From NCBI RefSeq assembly GCF_031769215.1, contig NW_026782027.1, positions 1 to 64,000 on the forward strand: DNA of 64,000 bases, read 5' to 3'. Numbering within the stretch: position 1 is the stretch's first letter; each line of letters begins with the position of its first letter. This stretch comes from Ylistrum balloti. Taxonomy: Eukaryota. The translations under genes and the position numbers were made by a program. Below, in pieces: positions 52,593 through 64,000 of this stretch. The notes beneath the pieces are model-generated. The model saw only the letters and a list, made by a program, of their open reading frames with translations. It was not told where the DNA came from and searched no databases.

Positions 52593-53448
52593 GATGATAC
52601 TCGGCTTAATAGCACAAATGCGAACTGACGGAAAAAGAAAAGTGTTGTAAATAAAAAAAGGAATATGGTAAAATGCATCAAGTTTTCTTGCAGCGTATAA
52701 TGGTGTTTGTCGAAACGAATAAAAGTGTGAACTAGAATCTTAGTAAGAACATCAAACATATGTTACTATGACCATTGAATCAGTGTAGTCCAATCTGTAA
52801 ACATTTAAAATCAACAAACAAATGGTCGTAAAGTTATATCAATTATACAGATGATAAACTATATCGGCAAATGTGTCAATATGAAATTTATGAAAAAGAG
52901 TTAATGAGAATAGCAATGCGTAAACAGCTTCAGCAAAGCAAGATGATTATTATTGTGTAATGTTAAAACCAATAAAAAAAACTGCAAATAACATTTGAAG
53001 CTGCACAGACTATTTCTTCTATATACCTAAGAGTAAATCATGCACTCTGCGGAATGCAGCAATCACAACAAATTGGTATGAATTTCTATTGTACGGAACA
53101 AAATCATTATTTAAAAAGTGTACTTCTTTTATCAAACAATTTTTCGAAAAGAAGAATCTTTATTGACATTAAACAAAAAAAAAAAAAAAAAAACGAATTC
53201 TAAAACGGAACGAAATTTGATATAACGATCAAATTATTTGAAACCAATGGGAATGAAACCAATAGAGAAACACAAAAAATAAATGTCGACAGGAAATGCT
53301 ATTGTCTAAAGAAATTAATTTTAATTTTGAACATTTTGAAAATAATGTTAATAATAATGATAGACAATGTCAGAGAAATTCATTTTGACAAGATATATCG
53401 GTATGAAATAGCATTATATTCCATATAATCAATGCATAAGGAACTTAC

Positions 53449-53505
53449 CAAAGTGGTCGGTAGTTGAGGACTGTGACGATCGATGGGCGGTAAGCTGTTT
53501 ATATA
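53449..53505 (-). promoter_or_regulatory. M5 TATA box (53505-53498) and non-coding exon 1
   Basis: Conserved TATATAAA...ctttg|gtaagt cassette. Confidence 0.72.
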
Positions 53506-56500
53506 GAGATAAATGCGTGTCTTTGCTATCTTAATTGCAAAACACATCCATGTGAAATGACATCTGTTCACGTTACATGATCTATTTTGCTTTTTATTTT
53601 TCTTATCATGAGCAGACACGTTTTCTCTGTTGGGTGTCTACAATATTCTCGAAAGGACTAATCGAAAAGAAAAGTTCTGAAAAATATGAGAATATGAAAT
53701 ATTCGCTTTACATTACGCATACCGATATGTATATATATTTGGTTACATTAAGAAGGTAACATTAAAACAACAATGAATCGATTGCCTAATCAGTTAAAAG
53801 AGTACCGCGATGCAGTTATGTGGTATCAGTTTAAGATATAGTTAAATCATTTTTGAAAATGTTATTGAAATACTTGATTTTTGTAGATTGCTATTCCCGC
53901 ATAGGGTGTATTAAAATTATATCTAAACTCGTTGCTATAGTGATATTTTCAATGAAATGAAGTTCAAGGATTTCATGTTTTGCGATAAGATTACAGTTAT
54001 TAAATATGTCAAGAACAGTAAAGCTGCATCTTGTAGTGCTCAGTTTTCATACTTGAAGATACTGAAAATGAAATGTTTAAATAGTGATTTAAAAGTTTCA
54101 TTGGATTATGACCTACAACAATCAAGAAAATACCAACATATTACCATAATCCTAAAACATGGGCAAAATATGAACAAAAGAAAAAAATAACTTGGAGACT
54201 CCATTTAAAGTACGATGAGAATAAGACCAGGTAGTCAGGAAGAGTAAACGTCATGTCATAATTGTGTATCAGATACATAATTCAGTAATCTTTGACTGAT
54301 TGGTTGTAGGATTAATTTTGTGAATATGTAACATCTGGTAGACTGGGTGTAATTTTGAATGCACACAGATATTTCGTAACTGTATTTACAGTGGGACAGC
54401 ACTGATATCTACTTATCCCGGTTAACAAGTATTAGGCAAATTAATGGCAGTCTAACAAACTGAAGTCCAGGATAGAGCCCCATGGACAGAGACCTAGAGA
54501 GAGCCCTATGGACAGACCGGTTACACCATGATGAACAGTATGAGGAGTGGGTATTTTAGAGTATACCTTAGAAGTACAGTTTTTATATAGGGACAGTTCT
54601 GATACGAGACTCATCGCGAAGTACCAGTATGAGTATATGAACTCTGTATGTTGATGAGATGTTTCTTTTGTACATGTAACATTATCATTATTCAACATGT
54701 AATAAACATGGCTATTACCAACAAGTACGTGTGTTTAATCCTACTGTGTTACACTTTTGAGTTATACAGAACATACGATCCTTGGATCAACAATACATGC
54801 CGGTTGTTTTATCATCTTTTAAGAAATTTAATATTGTTTTTACTATTGCTCCCCGGATTAAAGCTACATTTGATATGAGTTTTAATCCACGGTTGCATGT
54901 GAATTTCTTGAATTTTCTAAGTCCTGAAATATAAGTTACCTTTCAAGGTTAGTTGACCTACTTTGATTTGGGTGTTAGCAATTTTTACAGAGAGAAACTG
55001 TATTGTTTTCAAACTACGTCTACCTCTTTGCTTCCATCACTAACAATAAGCTTTTCATGATATAAATGTTTTGTTTAAGTTAGGTAATTCATATAAAAAT
55101 AAAATAAAATAAAATATGGAAAAAAAATTTCGTGATTAAAGCAAAGAAACATGTGAGAATATTACATTTATGGGAAAATAAAGGTTTTAATAATATACAT
55201 GCATTCATTTATTACAATAATTATATAATTTACAAAAATCCGAAAAAAAAGTAAAAAAAAATCAATTAATATATAAAAATGATTCTTAGATAATTCATTC
55301 AAATTTGAAAGTACAGGTTTAACTAATATACTTGTATCACAATAGTTATATGATCATTTGAAAATATAAAAATACACACTTGTCATATACCATACTAATT
55401 ATAACTCACACAAATTTGAAAATGTTTAACAAAACAATGAATAATTCTTAGTATAAAATCCCCATTCAATCAGCAAAGAAGCTATGTACAGACAGAAATA
55501 TGATAATTCTGCAAAATGTCCTGCTGTTTTATACATTATCCTTTTAACAGCTTGGGAACTTTAGCGATAAATTTACTTAATTCTGAAAACTGTTCCAAAT
55601 ATCAGTTATCATTTTGCAATTATTAGCAAGTTCAAGTTAAGGATTGTATACATATCTTCATAAAAACCATGACATTATTGAACGAGTGTTATTCAAAAAT
55701 ACATTGCCATCCAATGTTGACATATACAACATATAAGGAGATGTATATCTAAATTCACCAATGGAATTAGATATTTATTTTTGACAAAAATTAGTTCTAC
55801 GATACATGCTATAAAATTATCAAAAAGATATTATGCTCGATGAGATTATCTGCTGTGTACGCACACTAATATAATACCATTATTACACTATATCTAAACA
55901 GTTGGTGTTATTTTTTTGCAATCGGACATCTTAACATACATGTATTTACAAAAAGTATATTGACGCCCTACTTATGTTTTCTAATTCACTGTTTAACTCA
56001 GATATTTATTTGCAAGTAACCTTCATTATAATTTTGGCATACTTTCATTTATATTGTTTGGATTACATTCTTTGTAAGTTTACCTAGAATGTCTTTGTGA
56101 CGTCGTTTGGCTTATTTAGAATAGTCAATGCTCGGTGAGTTTTAATCTGGTTGTAGTTGTTATTGTTTGTATGCTTGCAACTGTTTATGAGTTGATGTAT
56201 GAACTAATGATTCGTGTCCTGATGAAAGTAACAGGATGACTTTTTTTTTAAATAAATGCAAATGGCATTCTTTGTGTGGCGATTTTCATTAAATAATGTC
56301 ATATTTGTTATCCATCATTATTTTAATGTTACGGTGGGCATATATATATATATTTATATGGTCAAACGTTTCGAAAACTATCGATTATAAGCAGTAAGTG
56401 ATCATCTGATTAATTATCAATAGTTAATTTACCTGTACAATTAACCTGTACACCATTTGTGCAAACTTTCATCACAAGTGAGCAACCTCTCTTTGCGAAG

Positions 56501-59500
56501 TCAGCTTTTCCTTCTAATGAAGAGAAGGCGTGTCAGTATTGAAAACTATTTTAATATTAATCGTTTATATTAGCTATGTACCAAGTTTATTTTTATTGTT
56601 TTTTGAGAGCAACATTACGATGCTTTCATGTTTCACTTTTTTTTTCAGTTGTTATGATTTTAGTAAATGCAATTCATGTATCTTATATGACATTCGATAT
56701 ATTTAGGGTTTTATCACGATTCCGATTATTGGGGTTGGTCGACTTGTCGGTAGGATAGGCCAAACCACTCTCGCACTTCTCCCACTATCGGATCTGAGCA
56801 TACCTGTTCAATCTCAATGTTTAATTATTTAGATATCTTGCTTTTTAAATTTTGGTATTGATTTAAAGCTATAGCTGAGCTTATTGTACAGACGTATTTT
56901 ATCATGTAAACAATAATCTAAACTATCTGTGACAATTAAATGAGACGTTCCATTATCATTATTATTGCAGGCTAGCCATTAATGATTATTCACATATTAA
57001 TGTATTTAAAATGCAGTTTTGTCATAGAAATGTTGATGTTTTAAAGTAGTGTACCATTGGCCAGGGGGTTAAAAGTTTCATAGCTGAGCTTCGAACCCCA
57101 GACAAAACCGGGGCCGTTTTCAAAACTATAATGTATCATCAATTATTGACTTTTTGCTCATCAGTACGTAAGCAACCAACCTATAGATAGTCCGAGTTGT
57201 TTAGAAGCTTTCCAATACTGACTGCTCTGGCGCACGACGATGCATTTAAACAAAACACAGAACGTAACAGATATAGGAGGTTGGAATGAAGTAAGCACAT
57301 ATAAATCTCTGTGTTAGGGAACAATTTTCGCTACACAATTTATGTTTTCAGCAGTTTGATATCACCAAATTATGAGAGAGCAGTAAAAATGAAGACATAT
57401 ATGTATCTTATATGTGTATATAAAATATTAATGCGTAAACCGTTCACCATGTGTAGGGTATTTCACAGTTTGCCTATTCTAAATAAATAATGCCTTCTTT
57501 TGATAATTACCTAAATTTGTCATTGATGTACGTCCGATGGAAATCGTTATACAACATATTTTTAATTCTATAACCTGAAAACACCTCGGAGCAACAGCAT
57601 ATATTGCCGATACACTATCTTACATCGATGAGATCATCGCAACTCCTCCATCTTTCAACCGCAAGCCAGGAAGCAGACAACGGTTGAACGTGATTTCAGG
57701 AAAATTCAAAAATGGTGATTTATAATGAAAAGAAATTTAGTTGACGGTACACAAATCGTTTTTATGAATTAGACAAAATGGAGTAAACAATCGAAATATT
57801 AGTTAAGAGAGTTTATCTTTTGAGCATGTTCGTGTAGAAACTGTGCAATACTGACTCTTTTAAACGTTGAAATGTTACAGAAAACCGCACTAGCATAGCG
57901 ACAGGGACAGCAACCGACACATGAATATTATACATTAAATAACGTATTGTCGGCAAGTAAACTTTGTACATGATAAAGTTATAGGCAGAGTTAGTGTTCA
58001 GGTAATCCACTCATGTATGAGGGACACAAAGTGATACCAATAATGTAACCTCTACATATAAGAATGTCGTATAGGTTTAACTTTTCTATAACCACCACAG
58101 AGTATGTAATAAAGAACGTTATATTTCGCTAGTTATATTAATCTGGAGCTCGCCAACTCTCAATCATGCCATGAAATAAGAACATGACATGCAATGTTTA
58201 ATTTGTCAAGAAAATATCACACAGTAAAAAATTGTAAAATAAAGTAAAATAATAAATTCTATATAAATAATATATTCTAAGGGCATGATATGTGTTTCAT
58301 ATAAGCGTGTTTGACCTCAGCAAAAGTTTTATCAATAAAAATATGACCTTGGGAAATTTCAATAGAAGTTCGCTAAAGATACACCCACTCGTGTTACATT
58401 TTGGTCATTTGAACTGCACTTAAATGACATATGTATAACATTACTTAATCGGGACTGAATTCCGTGTTTCTAGTTATTCGAACAGAATGTAATTTTATTA
58501 GGATCGATCGACATCTTCTTTTGATAGTAAAAATGGTGAGTTTTGTGTCAAAAATATCTTAGTATAATCCAAACATCAACTAGTTTGACTGCTGTGTATT
58601 TTTTGATAAACAATGTAGATTTTGTATCCAAATGCAGAACTATATGAGCTAATGAATCTGGATAATAAGGTCGCACTCAACAGCAGGGCGGAGTTCGATG
58701 ATTCCAAATTAACTATATGGCGGGTAATTTTACGCCTCAACGCTGATGACAAATGGAGATCCGGAGTAATGTTGAGAAATGTACATCGGACGGCAAATAA
58801 TATCATTGATAGCGGAATAAATAATATTCATCTACGGACAGGCATTGTCGTTATGGACTCCACGCAGTTTTAGAGACACGGGAAGGGCACACATGACATT
58901 CAGAACTGACCTGACAATTGCCATTATTTCAACTTCCTGTACCCTAATTTATTGTGGCCGGATGAAGTCCTCATATGTTAAAAAGGTCCAATAATCGAAG
59001 TTAATCATATATACTATTTAAACAAACCGTAAAGTTGAAGTTGGGTTTCTTTTTTCTCTTCGTGTAAAAATGGTATTTTAATTTGAGTGAAATATTGTTA
59101 CGCGCATGCTTGTTGTCAATTTTTAATTTTGTCAATTTTATTAATCCGTCAAATGACGTCATAACGAACTATATAATGAGGGATGTGTGTGATTTCTCGT
59201 TTTGCATACCTGTATTATCGGCTAAATAATTGTACTTAAAATGAAATATTTTTATTATTCGGCATTACATATCTTATCGAGCATTCCATTTAGACAGTGC
59301 ATGTTTGTACATTAAATTAAATCAATAGATTCTTAATTCAATCTCAAATTCTATGAAACGAGGATGAACAAGGATACCATCAACTGAACAGCCCAGTATG
59401 GTATCACTTCGAATGTTATATTGCACAAGCAAATATAATATTCTCCACTGAAAATATTGTAAGGACCATAAAACTTCCCTTAATAGTCATCAATCTTAAT

Positions 59501-62299
59501 GTCTCGAATCTGTAAGTTTTAAACATATCTGTATTCTGTCGACATTTTGCACACAAATTGGCGATAATTCCCTGATTATCAGATTACCCTCGACTTAAAA
59601 ACAGAAAGGTGAGAGATACAGGAATTTTTAATATCTAGAAGCTGGATTTTTTTTTCAACAGAGAAATCAAAATCATTAATCTTGTCATATAGTTTTCCGT
59701 AAAGATTTCACTGGTTCCATTGTAAGAAATTATCGAGATATGTATGACTGACTTAGTCAACAACCCTCTTCTTATTTAGACACAAGACATCATTAATATT
59801 CAAAATGTAAAAGGACTTACCATATACTATATGTTTTATTCGTTATGCTATGTTATTAACGAATTCAGCTTAATATGAAAACAAAAGCAAATTAGTCAAG
59901 AAATTGCCTATAGTTTGTAGGAGGTTCTCCGACGAAAATCAGCCAGAACATTCGGTTATTGAGAATCTGGTACAGTTTATACAGATGTTACGAACACAAA
60001 ATGTTGAATCTCATGGATTGAACCGAGACATATCAAAACTGGTCGAAAGAACAAACAAGAATAAGTGCAACCAAGACAGAATGTTCTAGCGATCCTTGTG
60101 GTGATATATGTATATATTATATAAAACTGAGGGACACCGCGCTATCGATAAAGTTCTATTTGTAAATAAAACTAGTATAACTATGATTATAACTATTATA
60201 CACTGCGTTTATAGGAAACCATTAACGCAAATCAAAATGATACTACGTAATAATAACATATACAAGCAACACGGTTATTTTTTAATGTAAAAAAAAGAGT
60301 ACGAGACATAGCACTGATAACATTAAGTCTCATTAGATACCCATCAAATATGTTTCTGAGTAGAATTATTTATGTTTTGTAATGAATATTAAAACATGAG
60401 TTAATCATATTTTATTAAGAAAAACAGACAAACGTATCTGAGCTGAGAAACGTTCATATTTATGTATGCATCATATAATAAAACTAGATAAGAAATAATC
60501 AAGAAAAAGTACGCAAACATTTTCTGAGTTGTCTCCCTTTTGTCGTTTGTGGGTCAAGCATGTTAACGTTTCGCAAACATGCATTTTTTTAATCTGTTAA
60601 GGACAAGTAAATAAATCGTTTCATTGGTGAGATTTTCCCCTTTTTGTATGTCTGGTTGATGATATTGAATAGATGATGGATATTATACAAGTACAAACTG
60701 TAGAAATTGATATCTTTCCTTAAAAGGCTTACGGTGTTTTAAGGAAACAGTATAGTATCATGTTATGTTTATTAGGAGAAGTGCATTACTAATAGCACAA
60801 CATAATCAAAGATGTATATATGTGATGCGTGCTATAATGAAAACAATTTTGATGAGATATAGTAAAAGATTTAATGTATAAACAAATATTAATTTTCTGG
60901 CCATGGGAAAGGCACTTTAACATTAATTATTGTGGACGACATGCGCTATGTTTCCAGCATGCGTTAAGTAAGTTGGTCACGAGCTACAACATATAGACCT
61001 CGCCTCTAAAGGACCTTGGCTGTTCACCAGGCTATCGCAGGAGTTGAATCCTGGGCATGTTAGTCAGTATGGTATGAGTATTTCGGTATCATGCTATCGT
61101 AAAATAAAAAAAAAATAAAAAATGTGAAAAAACAGTATTGTACTAAATTATTATCATTAAGATATCCCAGCATGTTTCAATGACTCAATGACCGTAATTA
61201 GGTATATTTTCAATTCAGACTAAATATTCCATGCATGTGGTTCAAACGTGTTTGTAAAGGGACTTGTTATGAATGTTATACCGATATAATTCAGAACTAC
61301 ACAAACTTAACAGTTACAGTACAAGGGAGTTAACTCTAAGTTTATGTTTGTTGAACTCACAAGGAAGGAGATTAAAAACTTGTTGATAAAACGTTTGTGA
61401 AAAGATTTGAAGACCCGTGTCATCACCTCTCATTGACTAGCCCCTAATCACCACTGGCATTTAAGTCAACTGTAAACGATTTGTCGAAATGTATTTATAC
61501 TAAACAAAATAAGAAAGTTTAGTATGTTTTCTTACTTGTAAGAGGGGGCCGGCCACAAAGATTAACGCTATTTTCCAAATATTGTAACGTGCAAGCGAAA
61601 GTTAGTCGCGTCAGCAGGACTTCCCTGTGAATAATATATCAGTGTTAGATTGGCCATTGAATTCAGAAGGTTTGTCACCAATTACTCGATACTCAAGGGA
61701 TTACTGTCACCGTCGCTCTCTGCACCCTTGAAATATTTCATGGCAAACTCGATGGCACACGCCAAGTAATTTGAATGGTCTAGAACTGGTTTTCGGAAAA
61801 AAAATCTTACCAATCACAGACTGATACGCTCCTTTTGAAGATTACACACGAGCAATACTCAACTTCAAAAACAGTATTACATACCATTATGCGACCTAGA
61901 GATTCGTTTGATTTCCATCAAACTAGTCTTCACGTCTTATCAACATGGTGTCGCATATGGAATCCCTTGAGTATCGGAGATGTAATTACGTATTTTTGTG
62001 ATTTCTAGGACAAGTGTGTAAGAACGTTACATTCGCCGTCAAACTATGGAACAACCTATTTTCTCTATTCAACCAGTGGTTAACGAGTTCCTCTTTGCAA
62101 ATGGTGTTAATACAAGTTGCTAATTGTGTTACCTGTTACAAAGATCCCAGAAGTTCCTTAAAATAAAACCAGCTGAACAGACAATACCAGTAATTTTATC
62201 CCAACTGATTCTTACACGACTAATACAGATTTAAAAATGGACTAACTAATTTATCGTAACATGAAGTAAAGTTAAAGATCCTTTCTGGTCAGGTAAATT

Positions 62300-62323
62300 T
62301 ATGTATGTATGTATGTATGTATG

Positions 62324-62354
<31 letters not shown>
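62300..62354. repeat. Compound (TATG)n(TA)n microsatellite
   Basis: Directly visible. Confidence 0.95.
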
Positions 62355-62964
62355 TACATTAGGTATGAATGTTGAAGGTGGATTATATTGTCGGGGAAAA
62401 ATAATAGGTCAGTGTATATTTTATAACGTTAGCCTGTCTCACCAGTAAATTATGTTTCTGTACTCAATCTTTACCAGTCTATACCATCAGCTTAATATTA
62501 ACAACGAATACGATCATACATCACGTAGTTTTAAATCGCGTATTAAAGACGTATGACACAGAAATATTGGACAGAAATGTATAGATAGATCTCTCACTCG
62601 TGTAAGATCACGAAAAATAGCGCTATCATTTCGGATCAATTCGTAGCAGGTTCCACACAACCATGATTTATAGGGTTATTAATATCGATCTGTGGACTTA
62701 TGAAGGACCTCCATACCTTAATGCATTAGTGAAGGTGTATGTACATTATCATACGGCACTCTATTGGTATCATTGAGGATAGTTCCGAACACCAACGGAT
62801 CGACATTTCTTGTATGTTTGTTAAGTTAAAAGGTTTGCCGAATGTCAATACGTTCACTTTTGTTTTAGAATACATCCGCATTGATGTTGTGTGCAGTATA
62901 ATTGTCACCAATATATTGAAGTATCTACCAATAAACTTCCTGTTCTAATAGTACAGATAAGATA

Positions 62965-63201
62965 AGGTAATCGGATGGCGCAGTGGTAACGCACTCGCCT
63001 TTCGCCTAGTCGTCCGGGTTTCTATTCCCGGAACGGAGATAAAGAGGTATGGGGTCACCTGCCTGAACACGTGGGTTTTCCCCGGGTACTCCAGTTTCCT
63101 CCCACAGTAAGATCCCCCGCACGCTTCCTTCCGGGCCAACAAGAGTGACTGATATCAACTGATAGCTTGTTTCGTAATTATTCTGAAATAAACAAAGTTT
63201 A
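62965..63201 (+). mobile_element. tRNA-derived SINE with V-domain core
   Basis: A box TGGCGCAGTGG (62976-62986), B-box-like GGTTTCTATTCC (63017-63028), V-type core GTGGGTTTTCCCCGGGTACTCCAGTTTCCTCCCAC (63071-63105), AT-rich tail. Confidence 0.8.
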
Positions 63202-63559
63202 TATGATATAAGACATTTTTTGAAAAGTGACTTGTTTCATACGTCTTCCTTGCCGCTTGTTCTAGATTGCTGTGTCCGCGCTAGTGACTGACCCAAACAG
63301 GTCCCCTGACCAGCATATACTGCCCTCTATTGGTCGAGAGGTAGATAAGAGTTATGTATCTGTACTGAGTGTAAGTTGAGCCATTTGGGATTTTGCTATT
63401 GTGTCAAGGTAATTGCTCGTCGGTGCAATGATATTTTAAAGCAGTATGGGGTGCTTTCATTATCAACGGAAACCAATGATTTATAACCATCCTAGATGTT
63501 ATTCGGTTTTATTCCCGTGCCGATTTTTAAATAATGCATAACGGTAGCTATTTGCTAAG

Positions 63560-63720
63560 TTTATCGCTCCGTAAACAACCATTTCGCTACAAGGCCTCTT
63601 TGCAGTTGTTTAATGCATGAACATCACTGAAGGAAATATGTGCAGCTCGTCAGTTGCCGTCCAAAGTAATCAGGATAAAGTGTCTTGTCCAAAGACACAA
63701 CCACGTCAGTACAGACCAGT
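63560..63720 (-). mobile_element. Possible decayed CORE-SINE fragment
   Basis: The reverse complement of 63677-63701 is GTTGTGTCTTTGGACAAGACACTTT, resembling the CORE motif TGTGTCCTTGGGCAAGACACTT. No clear head. Confidence 0.35.
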
Positions 63721-64000
63721 CCCTTTCTCAGCTTCTCGAGAAATACAAATTACCATCGTTAAGGAATGTCAAACCACGCACCTCAGATCTTCACCCGAGG
63801 CAACGGAGGCACAACGTGGAGTTGGCGTGGCACCCTGTAATGATAAATATTGAAGGCATGTGGAAAGGAATAAAATATCAAAGCACAGACACCAGAACGC
63901 TTTTGTCAATCAGAACCCTCCATACTTTACACCAGACACAAATCGATACCTGGCAGATCCGATACTCGATAATGTACGGCAGGAAACCAATTAGCCAGTT

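Noticed and set aside
53957-60290. Scattered 60-85 aa ORFs in the 54-60 kb region
   Set aside because: Low-complexity AT-rich translations with no motifs, splice consistency or repeated support.
62945-63142. tRNA gene, or the 65-aa ORF MLARKEACGG...
   Set aside because: The Pol III boxes are followed by a SINE V core with no cloverleaf, and the ORF is the antisense of the SINE.

Overview
AT-rich eukaryotic (animal) genomic DNA, probably a bivalve mollusc. That assignment is an inference from the V-type tRNA-SINE, the Tc1/Academ/Tx1 element mix and the GT-AG introns. The ORF track misses the main content because the genes are spliced. Positions ~3.3-53.5 kb hold a cluster of nine copies, plus one detached inverted promoter/exon-1 remnant, of a small four-exon gene. 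It encodes a 106-112 aa secreted protein: a 16-aa signal peptide, a hypervariable N-terminal spacer, an amphipathic helix, a C-x3-C-x20-C-x3-C core and an SLQELVHFF tail. I cannot assign it to any named family. Five minus-strand copies (M1-M5) look intact. Of four plus-strand copies only P4 looks intact, although it carries a 4.6-kb Tx1/L1-clade LINE in intron 3. P1 and P3 are pseudogenes and P2 has lost a cysteine and a splice donor. The genes form divergent M/P pairs inside a ~23.5-kb tandem segmental duplication. A TIR-bounded ~3-kb inversion separates the P3 promoter from its coding exons, and there are gene-conversion-like mosaics between copies. The rest is decayed Tc1, Academ-like and LINE fragments, SINEs and microsatellites. 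Beyond ~54 kb I can support no protein-coding gene.
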